Of a stretch of DNA of 49,590 bases, positions 1 through 7,615 are shown in pieces. The position numbers were made by a program, and so were the translations under genes. Below the pieces are notes generated by a model. It had not been told where the DNA came from and searched no databases. It worked only from the letters and a program-made list of their open reading frames with translations. Within the stretch, counting starts at the first letter, position 1. Every line of letters begins with the position of its first letter. This stretch comes from a virus (taxonomy: Duplodnaviria; Caudoviricetes): positions 1 to 49,590 of IMG/VR virus record IMGVR_UViG_3300032216_001520. One strand, written 5' to 3'.

Positions 1-213
1 GCTGCACCAATCGGTTATGGTTTGACTGCTAAAGTTGGATATCGTTTCCGCTCAGCATTTGACCCATCACAAAACAATGACCAGACTCACACAATGCGTT
101 ATTCATTGGCATATGCCTTGAACGCAAAAGATTCTGTTGCATTGAAGTATGACCGTGTTAACGGTGATAACAACCAGAAAGTTGTTGCTATCGCATACAC
201 AATGGGTTTCTAA
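1..213 (+). CDS. Outer-membrane beta-barrel/porin-like protein, C-terminal fragment (5' end outside window)
   Basis: Frame 1 is open from base 1 (AAPIGYGLTAKVGYRFR...). Alternating amphipathic beta strands; ends VAIAYTMGF, with the terminal Phe and aromatic/hydrophobic alternation typical of the BAM beta-signal. Confidence 0.65.
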   Translation, partial: AAPIGYGLTAKVGYRFRSAFDPSQNNDQTHTMRYSLAYALNAKDSVALKYDRVNGDNNQKVVAIAYTMGF

Positions 214-217
214 TAAC

Positions 218-224
218 CTAAATA
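218..224 (+). promoter_or_regulatory. T4-type late promoter (CTAAATA)
   Basis: Variant of the TATAAATA gp55 consensus in the intergenic gap; the same (C/A)TAAATA motif recurs before many genes in this window. Confidence 0.65.
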
Positions 225-229
225 AGTAT

Positions 230-262
230 ATGGGTTCGGTGGAACCCATTTAAAAAACCACC
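230..262 (+). promoter_or_regulatory. Structured 5' leader (hairpin / H-type pseudoknot)
   Basis: ATGGGTT(230-236) pairs with AACCCAT(243-249); GGTGG(238-242) pairs with CCACC(258-262); A-rich linker between them. Confidence 0.55.
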
Positions 263-292
263 AACACACTTATCACAACACAGGAGAAAACT

Positions 293-574
293 ATGTCAAA
301 CATGACACCTTTTGAAATTCGTCTTGAACTATTAAAAATGGCTAGAGATATGTTATATGATGATTACCATGCACAGAGCAATCGCCTTCAATCAGAATGG
401 CATGTCAAGTGCGAAACAGCAAGAGCCAAAGGTGAAGTACCACCAGAACATCCGGCCTTGCCATCAATCCCCTCAGAAGCAGACATTATCACCAAGGCAG
501 CGACCTTGAATGGTTTTGTGTCTAATGTTACTACTGCACCTGAAGTCAAGGTCACTAGAAAAACTAACACCTGA
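293..574 (+). CDS. Small hypothetical protein (93 aa, helical; TPFEIRLELLKMA N-terminus)
   Basis: Strong SD (CAGGAG), downstream of a late promoter; resembles small conserved ORFs of environmental T4-like phages; function unknown. Confidence 0.8.
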   Translation: MSNMTPFEIRLELLKMARDMLYDDYHAQSNRLQSEWHVKCETARAKGEVPPEHPALPSIPSEADIITKAATLNGFVSNVTTAPEVKVTRKTNT

Positions 575-576
575 GG

Positions 577-597
577 TTGGGGCATTTGCCCCTAACA
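577..597 (+). promoter_or_regulatory. Intergenic GC hairpin (GGGGC-ATTT-GCCCC) without U-tract
   Basis: Inverted repeat seen directly; followed by CA-rich leader and AGGAG of next gene. Confidence 0.45.
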
Positions 598-613
598 CAC
601 ACAAGGAGAATTA

Positions 614-1096
614 ATGAAGAAATTCATTCTAATTACATTATTTGCTTTAATGATACCGGCAGTTTCACATCAACAACCGGTAACAGAAGTGCAAGAAGTA
701 TCAGGTGAACTAGGTCAACAAATTCTATGTATGGCTAAGAATCTATATTACGAAGCCGGAAGTGAATCCTTTGAAGGTAAATTAGCGGTAGCACAGGTAA
801 CTATGAACCGTGCCAACTCGGTACAATTTCCACGAACAGTTTGTGAAGTTGTATATCAAAAAATAAACCAAACATACCAATTCAGTTGGGTTGGTGAACG
901 TGTTGGTCCTGTCAGAAACAAGTATGCATGGGAAGAGTGTATGATTGTTGCCAGAAAGGCCTTGACAGAAGCTAGATTACATGATATAATCTATAAAACA
1001 AATTCAATGTACTATCATAACACATCGGTAAATCCGGCATGGAAACTGAAGTATGTTGCTAAAATTGGAAACCATCTATTCTATACAAGAAGTTAA
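614..1096 (+). CDS. Cell wall hydrolase, SleB/Hydrolase_2 family, with signal peptide
   Basis: CMAKNLYYEAGSE..GKLAVAQVTMNR, VCEVVYQ, QFSW, YYH, IGNHLFY motifs; N-terminal MKK plus hydrophobic segment. Confidence 0.9.
   Translation: MKKFILITLFALMIPAVSHQQPVTEVQEVSGELGQQILCMAKNLYYEAGSESFEGKLAVAQVTMNRANSVQFPRTVCEVVYQKINQTYQFSWVGERVGPVRNKYAWEECMIVARKALTEARLHDIIYKTNSMYYHNTSVNPAWKLKYVAKIGNHLFYTRS
962..990 (+). promoter_or_regulatory. Consensus sigma70 promoter inside hydrolase gene, facing gp33-gp59-gp32
   Basis: TTGACA(962-967), 17 bp, TATAAT(985-990), with extended -10 TG. Confidence 0.8.
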
Positions 1097-1097
1097 A

Positions 1098-1319
1098 ATG
1101 CCGACAAAAAATGAAATAAGTGAATTTAGTACCAAGATAGTGGAACTGGCTGAAGAAGAAAATCTTTCAATCATGGATGCTATTGTTGGTTACTGTGAAC
1201 AAACAGGTATGGAGATTGATGTAGCATCTACATTAGTTTCTTCTGCCTTAAAGGCAAAACTGCGTGATGAAGCACAAGAACTCAACCTATTGAAAAAGAG
1301 TTCTAAACTACCCATATGA
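1098..1319 (+). CDS. gp33: Late transcription coactivator gp33
   Basis: IMDAIVGYCE..MEID....LVS..LKAKLRDEA..LNLL pattern; gp33-gp59-gp32 synteny. The ATG at 1098 (MPTKNEI) is preferred over the track start at 1053. Confidence 0.85.
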   Translation: MPTKNEISEFSTKIVELAEEENLSIMDAIVGYCEQTGMEIDVASTLVSSALKAKLRDEAQELNLLKKSSKLPI

Positions 1320-1936
1320 TTTTCAACTTTGAGGAAGGCTCTGGCTTCTCGGCCTTTGCCATGTTCAATGCGCTTAAACTTCATTTTACTACTGATTCTT
1401 ACGATTATATTCGTTACCACGGAAAGTCCAATGTTACTGCCGATAATTTTGCCAACAGAAAGGACAAATATTCTTTCTATAAATTATCCCGTAAGTACCG
1501 ACTGGAAGAATTAAAGAACTTCTATGTGTCAAACCTCCTAGAAAAAGATGTCAACTGGATTGGTGACATTAATAACCTAGATGGTGAAGAAACCTATAAG
1601 AAGTGGCAAAAAAGAAACCAGAGCTTGACATATCGCTTTGAACAAGATATAATACACCTACTTAACGATACACAATCACCAAATCAAATGTTGATGGTTG
1701 AAGATGGACAATATCCATCGTTGTTGAAAGAAGTAATGTATAGTAGTGTTGCGGTAGAAACCTTGGTTATATTGAATGATATTATGAATTTCTTTCCTAT
1801 GTGGGACAAAAAGATTGCTGACACAATCGTATGGCCTTCCATGAGATTAAAATTTATAAAGTATACACCATTTATTGATTATGATAAACCAAAGTTTACC
1901 ACAATACTGAAGGAGTGTTTGAAAGAATGCGCCTAA
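1316..1936 (+). CDS. gp59: Helicase loader gp59
   Basis: ALKLHFT..SYDY..Y.GK, RKDKYSFYKLSRKY, ETLVIL, KYTPFI motifs; synteny. Confidence 0.92.
   Translation: MIFNFEEGSGFSAFAMFNALKLHFTTDSYDYIRYHGKSNVTADNFANRKDKYSFYKLSRKYRLEELKNFYVSNLLEKDVNWIGDINNLDGEETYKKWQKRNQSLTYRFEQDIIHLLNDTQSPNQMLMVEDGQYPSLLKEVMYSSVAVETLVILNDIMNFFPMWDKKIADTIVWPSMRLKFIKYTPFIDYDKPKFTTILKECLKECA
1625..1653 (+). promoter_or_regulatory. Consensus sigma70 promoter inside gp59, facing gp32
   Basis: TTGACA(1625-1630), 17 bp, TATAAT(1648-1653). Confidence 0.8.
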
Positions 1937-1939
1937 ATA
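1933..1939 (+). promoter_or_regulatory. Late promoter (CTAAATA) upstream of gp32
   Basis: Motif overlaps the gp59 stop codon. Confidence 0.65.
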
Positions 1940-1963
1940 AACCATATTATGAATAATGTGGAC

Positions 1964-1993
1964 AATCCGTTAATAATCCGTTATATTCCGTTT
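1964..1993 (+). repeat. Three short direct repeats (TCCGTT core) in gp32 leader
   Basis: TCCGTT at 1966, 1977 and 1987 in an otherwise A/T-rich leader. Confidence 0.75.
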
Positions 1994-2013
1994 ATATTAG
2001 AAAGGCAAAAATC

Positions 2014-2886
2014 ATGACAGATTTTTCAAAACTAAAAAAGAGTTCAGGCAATCTGGACAAACTCACTAAAGCCATCGAGCAACTCTCAAGCTCATCAGAA
2101 GGTGGTAAATCCGACAAAGATAATTATTGGCGACCAGAAGTAGACAAAGCAGGTAATGGCCTTGCCGTTATTCGTTTCCTACCTGCTGCCGCAGTTGATG
2201 GTGATGATGGTCTTCCTTGGGCTAAAATCTTTGGTCATGGATTTCAGGGTCCAGGTGGTTGGTTAATCGATAATTGTTTGACTACTAAAGGTCAACAATG
2301 TCCAGTATGTGAACACAACAACAAATTGTGGAACTCTGGCATCGAAGCTAACAAAGAAATTGTACGTAAACAAAAGCGTAAACTATCATACATTGCTAAC
2401 GTGTATATCGTAAGTGATCCAAAGCATCCAGAGAACGAAGGACAAGTTAAATTGTTCAAGTTTGGTGCCAAGATTTTCGAAAAGATTACAGAGGCAATGA
2501 ATCCACAGTTTGAAGATGAAACACCAATCAATCCATTTGATTTGTGGAAAGGTGCTAACTTCAAGTTGAAGATTACCAAAGTTGCTGGTTATCAGAACTA
2601 TGATAAGTCAGAGTTCATGTCGGCATCTCCTTTGTCAGAAGATGATGATACATTGGAGAAGATTTGGAAATCACAACATTCGCTTACAGCGTTGACTGCT
2701 GATAAAGAATTCAAATCATATGATGACTTGAAGGCACGTTTGGATAAAGTGTTGGGTGCTACTGATGTACCTAAGACTACTGTGGAAACTTTGAAGGCTG
2801 CACCTAAGAAGCCTGTTGAAGTTGATATCACAGAAGATGAGACTGATGAAGATTTGGCTTACTTCTCAAAGTTGGCTGAAGATTAA
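2014..2886 (+). CDS. gp32: Single-stranded DNA-binding protein gp32
   Basis: DKAGNG.AVIRFLP, HGFQGPGGW.IDNC..T...CPVCE zinc site, NPFDLWKGANFKLKI, acidic tail. Confidence 0.97.
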   Translation: MTDFSKLKKSSGNLDKLTKAIEQLSSSSEGGKSDKDNYWRPEVDKAGNGLAVIRFLPAAAVDGDDGLPWAKIFGHGFQGPGGWLIDNCLTTKGQQCPVCEHNNKLWNSGIEANKEIVRKQKRKLSYIANVYIVSDPKHPENEGQVKLFKFGAKIFEKITEAMNPQFEDETPINPFDLWKGANFKLKITKVAGYQNYDKSEFMSASPLSEDDDTLEKIWKSQHSLTALTADKEFKSYDDLKARLDKVLGATDVPKTTVETLKAAPKKPVEVDITEDETDEDLAYFSKLAED

Positions 2887-2906
2887 AGAATCCCATGCAA
2901 GTGCAG

Positions 2907-2930
2907 ACCCCGCTTCGGCGGGGTTTTTTA
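2907..2930 (+). terminator. Rho-independent terminator with C(UUCG)G tetraloop
   Basis: ACCCCGC-TTCG-GCGGGGT followed by a T-run, between convergent genes. Confidence 0.9.
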
Positions 2931-2934
2931 TTTC

Positions 2935-4638
2935 CTATTTTGAATTCGAAGATTCAAGTAATTTTAAGTCACGGATTTCAATAGTTCTTAGGTTCGATTG
3001 TTGTTGCGGAGTATTTTTTTGATTCAAATTCACAACACTCGATTTACCTTTTTCAATATATTCTTCAAGGGATTTGATTTCATCTGAATCCATGATATTA
3101 GGAACACCTTTAAGTTTTTCAACTATTGGTTCCAATTTTTTAAGTTCTTTACTCACATCATCAATAGTTTTACCTAATGTATTTTTGGCAGTATCAATTC
3201 CCATCGATTTATAAACAGATTGTATTGTGGAATCAATTTCACCACTCAATTCTGCCATATTTTTACCAAATAATAAATTAACCATTTTATCACCAGCGAG
3301 TAAAAATTTAGAACGACCAGTGGTAAAACCAAATGCATCACTTTGGCTTTTCATTGGATTTTTCCATGTATTACCCAAATGTTTAAGTATAAGTTCATTT
3401 GCTTCTTGTTCAAAACTTTTTAATACATCTGTTGCATTTGCGATTCTTTCTTTATTACCGCTTTTCTCCGCATCAAGAAATCGTTTATGTGATTCTTCAT
3501 ATTTTTGATATGTTTTAAACAATTCTAAAGCTTCTTCATTAGTCAAAGCAAGTTTTGCTTCTTGACCAAAAGAACCTATTAATGGAACATCATATATGTT
3601 TTTTTGTCCAGTTTTGAGTTTGTAAAACGTTTCATTGTCGTATTCTGTATCATTTTCAGTTTTATCTTTAAATGCAGACATTTGAGACTGTGGTCTGCCA
3701 GTACCAATATGTTGACCTATAACTTTGCCAGTATCAGGATCTATATCATTTTTCAAATCACCTGGTAGTTGATTTTTATACTTAGAAAAATCCAATCCTT
3801 TTGCAAAATCTGTATCTTTACCAAATATCAATGTACCGATAACACCTGCGGCAAGAAGTTTAATTGGATTTCTAAAAACACCCCATAAAAGATTTGCTAG
3901 AGTAGGCAAAAGAGATATTAATATATTAGAAAAAAGTTTCATTGGTGTCTTAAACATTTCACCAATCAAAGATAATGTTTTAACTAATCCACCAATCGTT
4001 AATATTGTAAGTAAACCTTCTCCAATAACCTTAAAGAATGAAAATACTTTCTTAAAAACACCAAATACACTAGAGAATATTTTAACTAATATACCATCTT
4101 TCTCATCTGTTTCTTCTTTTGGTTTTTCTACCTTTTCTGGTACTTTTTTATTCTTTACACCTAAAGCATCTAAAATTTTTTCATGGCGTTTTTTATCTTC
4201 TAATACATTTTCTTCTTCAAAGTTTTGTTCTTTTTCATATCTTCTGGTATTATCTTCATCAATCTTACGCATCAGATTATACATTTTTGCCAAAATATCG
4301 GCTGTACTATCATTAACTTTAACTACACTTTTTGAACCAGCAGGCACTCTACTTCTATCAGCACCATAGATAGAACGTTTTCTTCTATAACCACCAAAAT
4401 ATTGAATATCTCCTTCAGAATATCCCATTGCACGGCCAGCTACAGTTCTGATAGACCTTCCAATACCACCAGAACCAGTCAACATTCTAACAATATTGAG
4501 AGGAGTAAATGTCTCTTTTATACCCATCAATCGAGCTTTGGTTTTGTCGGATAAAGCTTCACGAAAAGTTCTGTCCTGTTCGAACATTAACTCCGATATA
4601 CTTTTACTTCTTATTAACGAGGAACGTCTATAATCCAT
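2935..4638 (-). CDS. Tape-measure-like / baseplate hub protein (gp29-like), 567 aa
   Basis: Helical, Lys-rich, with a long hydrophobic/amphipathic central segment; lies downstream of gp26/gp51, where the tail length determinant is expected. Confidence 0.55.
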   Translation of the reverse strand: MDYRRSSLIRSKSISELMFEQDRTFREALSDKTKARLMGIKETFTPLNIVRMLTGSGGIGRSIRTVAGRAMGYSEGDIQYFGGYRRKRSIYGADRSRVPAGSKSVVKVNDSTADILAKMYNLMRKIDEDNTRRYEKEQNFEEENVLEDKKRHEKILDALGVKNKKVPEKVEKPKEETDEKDGILVKIFSSVFGVFKKVFSFFKVIGEGLLTILTIGGLVKTLSLIGEMFKTPMKLFSNILISLLPTLANLLWGVFRNPIKLLAAGVIGTLIFGKDTDFAKGLDFSKYKNQLPGDLKNDIDPDTGKVIGQHIGTGRPQSQMSAFKDKTENDTEYDNETFYKLKTGQKNIYDVPLIGSFGQEAKLALTNEEALELFKTYQKYEESHKRFLDAEKSGNKERIANATDVLKSFEQEANELILKHLGNTWKNPMKSQSDAFGFTTGRSKFLLAGDKMVNLLFGKNMAELSGEIDSTIQSVYKSMGIDTAKNTLGKTIDDVSKELKKLEPIVEKLKGVPNIMDSDEIKSLEEYIEKGKSSVVNLNQKNTPQQQSNLRTIEIRDLKLLESSNSK

Positions 4639-4641
4639 TTT

Positions 4642-6141
4642 TTAACTCAGCTGTTGTATTTTACTAAACAATATTGAAGTGTCGTTTGATTCAGCCACTT
4701 CAGTGACAATTTTTTCTTTTTCTATAATAATGATATTACTACTGATAAGTTGTTTCATTCGATCCATCATAGATGATTTTTTATCAGGGACAAGATTTTT
4801 TGATTCGGGTTTTAATAATTTTTTTTGTTCTTGTTCTTTCAATAAATCAGACATTGACCTCATTTCCGATTTACGATTTTGTTCTTCTATACTCTGTGCA
4901 ACTAATTTATTAAAATCTTGTTGATTTCTAGGTTTAATGTTAGCATTAATCGTTGGTTCTTTTTTTACAGTTTTTGTTACTGGTGAAACTGATGTTGATG
5001 ATTTTGTAACACCTGACGTTGGGCTCTGTTGTTGAACTGGTGGAACAGTTGTTGGTGTATTAGCCATATTGGTAGATTTATTACCACCAAAAGCACCTAA
5101 CAAATCTTGTGCAATACCCATACGTTTCTTTGTATGAAGGCCTTTACTTTGTTCATAATCTTTATCAATTATAACGGCTGCTTCACCAGCAGTTTTAGCT
5201 TGATTTACAGCTATGCCTGCTTTTTTGTGTGTATTTTTAAGTTCGTAGTCAACTTGACCTAATTGTTCTAAACGTGATGCATCAAATACATCTTTGCCAA
5301 CTATCTTTTTAAAGGTCTTTTGTCTTGCTTCTTGCCATTGAGCAATACCTCTAGCTTTACCATTGTCACCAAGAGCTTTAGTATCTAAATGTGCACCAGA
5401 TTCAGCTTGTAAACTTGCTACAATACCTGCTGCAGCTTCTTTAGTATAACCTTTTCCAATAAAAAAATCAAAAGCTTCTTTTGCTTCTTTAGTAGCCCAA
5501 GGACTTTTACCCGACATGCCTTGAGAAGGCATCGAAGTTTTATCCATAGAACTAGGTGTGGTTTGTGTAACTGGTGGAGTACCAGGAAGAGAAGATGTTG
5601 ATTCTTCTTTCTTGGTTGTTTTTAATACATCAGCAACATCTGCCACTTTACCAGTTTCAGCCATCTTGGCAAATGCTTTTTCTATAAGTACAAGACCACC
5701 AATAGCAAGGCCAGCTTTAAGTAAAGAACCAAAACCAAAACCTTTACCCTTTTTCGTTTCTTTTGTTTTTTCTTTTTTACCAGTTAGAGCGGCAATTAAT
5801 TGTTTATTTTTTAAATCTTCAAAGTCATCAATTTCTTTTCTATGTTTTTTCTCTTTCTTCATTCTATCCAAATCTTTTTTATAATTTTTGGACATGAAGT
5901 TATACATAGTTGCCAAAACATCAGATTCAGTTTCACCAACTTTTAATCTTTCAACTTTTCCTTGTGGAACAGTAGTGTACTTTGCATCTTTTTTATTACC
6001 ACCTCGTACAGACTCTTTACTATTGTCATCATCATATTTTTTACGTGGTTTTCCACCAAACATTTCACCAATCTTACTAGATTGAAATTTGTTTAGTAAT
6101 CCTTCACCATATTGTTGAAGACCTGTACTTGGTGTGTTCAT
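4642..6141 (-). CDS. Tape-measure-like protein with phage tail lysozyme (Phage_lysozyme2-like) domain
   Basis: GYTKEAAAGIVASLQAESG, GIAQW...R, QL..VDYEL, YE motifs; N-terminal coiled region plus a hydrophobic segment; Ser/Thr/Pro linkers. Confidence 0.8.
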   Translation of the reverse strand: MNTPSTGLQQYGEGLLNKFQSSKIGEMFGGKPRKKYDDDNSKESVRGGNKKDAKYTTVPQGKVERLKVGETESDVLATMYNFMSKNYKKDLDRMKKEKKHRKEIDDFEDLKNKQLIAALTGKKEKTKETKKGKGFGFGSLLKAGLAIGGLVLIEKAFAKMAETGKVADVADVLKTTKKEESTSSLPGTPPVTQTTPSSMDKTSMPSQGMSGKSPWATKEAKEAFDFFIGKGYTKEAAAGIVASLQAESGAHLDTKALGDNGKARGIAQWQEARQKTFKKIVGKDVFDASRLEQLGQVDYELKNTHKKAGIAVNQAKTAGEAAVIIDKDYEQSKGLHTKKRMGIAQDLLGAFGGNKSTNMANTPTTVPPVQQQSPTSGVTKSSTSVSPVTKTVKKEPTINANIKPRNQQDFNKLVAQSIEEQNRKSEMRSMSDLLKEQEQKKLLKPESKNLVPDKKSSMMDRMKQLISSNIIIIEKEKIVTEVAESNDTSILFSKIQQLS

Positions 6142-6341
6142 CGTTTACTTGCTGCTTTTTGTTGTTTTATTTTTTCATTTTCTTCTTCAATATATTGCAC
6201 TAACAAATTAATATAAATGTCTCTTTCCCACGGTATCATATTTTCCAATTCAGTTAAAGAATACTTATGATGTTGCATTAGTGAGAAATTAGTCCTGTAA
6301 TAGTTTTTCAAATTATCATAACAAAATATTACCCGAAAAAA
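6138..6341 (-). CDS. gp51: gp51-like baseplate hub assembly domain (not in ORF track; probably expressed by -1 frameshift from gp26)
   Basis: Manual translation: FFRVIFCYDNLKNYYRTNFSLMQHHKYSLTELENMIPWERDIYINLLVQYIEEENEKIKQQKAASKR*. The first ATG (6278) lies inside the conserved region; the stop overlaps the next ATG (ATGA). Confidence 0.85.
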   Translation of the reverse strand, partial: FFRVIFCYDNLKNYYRTNFSLMQHHKYSLTELENMIPWERDIYINLLVQYIEEENEKIKQQKAASKR

Positions 6342-7054
6342 TTTTCGAGTCCCTCCAAATTCATAGTGTGGTCAAATCCACACTTAGAACACTTCATATC
6401 AACTTTTTTGTTGATTTTTGGTAGGTTTTCAAAGAAAGATTCTAGTTTAGAAAATTGGTCTTGACTCAATGATTCCAAAAACTGCATCATTTCTTCTCTA
6501 GGTGTTTCGTGACCATAATAGAATTGTTCGCCATCATAGATACTTTCAATAGAATCAATCATAATATCAAAAGCAACTTCAACAGCCGATTCTTTTTTGG
6601 ATAACTTCTCAATGATTGAGAACTTAGGATACTTCATTTTCAATACAATTTTATCAGTTATCTGAATATCATTAGTCATAGAAGGATTAACATCAACCTG
6701 AATATCCAACAAATTGATTTTAACTTCCATTTTATTACCACATTGTTTCTCATCTACTTCATTTGTACAAACATATTTGTTTTCAACAATCTCACCTACA
6801 GACCTTGCACGTAAGTTGATAAAGTAATATTCAATATCAGTAACAGGTAAATCTTCAATGTTTATATCTTCTGTTAAAGTACAATTTGTCAGAACTTGTT
6901 TGATGTTCCTTTCAATCGACTCTTTGTTGTCATCTTCCATTGCCATCATAAGATTCTTTTGTTCTTTGACCAAAAATGGTCTAAACTTTATACTCTTTTT
7001 TGATAATGGTAAAGTCAATTCATACGTTGGCGTATCAATTTTTGGTAAAGCCAT
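6329..7054 (-). CDS. gp26: Baseplate hub assembly chaperone gp26
   Basis: MALPKI..PTYELTLP, FRPFLVKEQK, LRARSVGE, C..C pairs, ends LENFFG. Confidence 0.9.
   Translation of the reverse strand: MALPKIDTPTYELTLPLSKKSIKFRPFLVKEQKNLMMAMEDDNKESIERNIKQVLTNCTLTEDINIEDLPVTDIEYYFINLRARSVGEIVENKYVCTNEVDEKQCGNKMEVKINLLDIQVDVNPSMTNDIQITDKIVLKMKYPKFSIIEKLSKKESAVEVAFDIMIDSIESIYDGEQFYYGHETPREEMMQFLESLSQDQFSKLESFFENLPKINKKVDMKCSKCGFDHTMNLEGLENFFG
6335..6356 (-). promoter_or_regulatory. Candidate -1 ribosomal frameshift signal (GGAGG, 10 nt, T TTT TTC)
   Basis: Minus strand reads TTG GAG GGA CTC GAA AAT TTT TTC GGG TAA; heptamer at 6341-6335, SD-like GGAGG at 6356-6352. Confidence 0.7.
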
Positions 7055-7072
7055 AATAACTCCTTCTAATAA

Positions 7073-7615
7073 TTAAAAATTACTGAGTAACGAATCGTTC
7101 TTCCAGTAAGTATAGGCAAATGTAACAGATATTTTATGTACAGCATCCGAATTACTCCAATCTAAATCCATTTGATTTATGGATATAGGAAAAGCATCAA
7201 ATAAATCAACAGAATATGTTCTTTGATTTGACACATTATATTGATTGATAGTTAATGTCGTTGCATATTCATCTTTATATAGATAATTGTTTGTAGAACT
7301 TGTGTTGATATAACCAAGCCAAGCATCAAACAAGTATTTTTGTTTCATATCATCATCTACATAAAAAGATAAATCAATATCATTATATGTGGCGAGATAT
7401 GGAAACTTTTCAATTGGACCATATGTTTTTTGGTCTAAAGTAGCAATTGTTCTACCTGGTAATTGTGCATTCTCACATCGATATGTTAAATTTCTACTAT
7501 CAACTATTGGAGAACCAACTAAAATAAAAGGCACAGGAATAAGAACATCAAATCGATTTGGCCTAGCCAAGTCGGTATTAAAACTAGATTTGAAACCACT
7601 AATTGTTGCGGCCAT
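7073..7615 (-). CDS. gp54: Baseplate-tail tube initiator gp54 (tube-protein fold)
   Basis: LARPNRFDV, CE.A.LPG, L.DAFP.SI...L.W, VTFAYTYW motifs. Confidence 0.8.
   Translation of the reverse strand: MAATISGFKSSFNTDLARPNRFDVLIPVPFILVGSPIVDSRNLTYRCENAQLPGRTIATLDQKTYGPIEKFPYLATYNDIDLSFYVDDDMKQKYLFDAWLGYINTSSTNNYLYKDEYATTLTINQYNVSNQRTYSVDLFDAFPISINQMDLDWSNSDAVHKISVTFAYTYWKNDSLLSNF

Noticed and set aside
230-262. preQ1-I riboswitch call
   Set aside because: The ligand-pairing C just before the 3' strand of P1 is absent, the SD is not part of the pseudoknot and the downstream gene is not queuosine-related. Kept only as a generic pseudoknot.
4636-4644. Stop-codon readthrough fusing the two tape-measure-like ORFs
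   Set aside because: In frame, but TAA-A is an efficient stop, and similar TAA-(NNN)-ATG junctions occur at 7615/7616, 30926/30927 and 37824/37828. Translational coupling is the simpler explanation.
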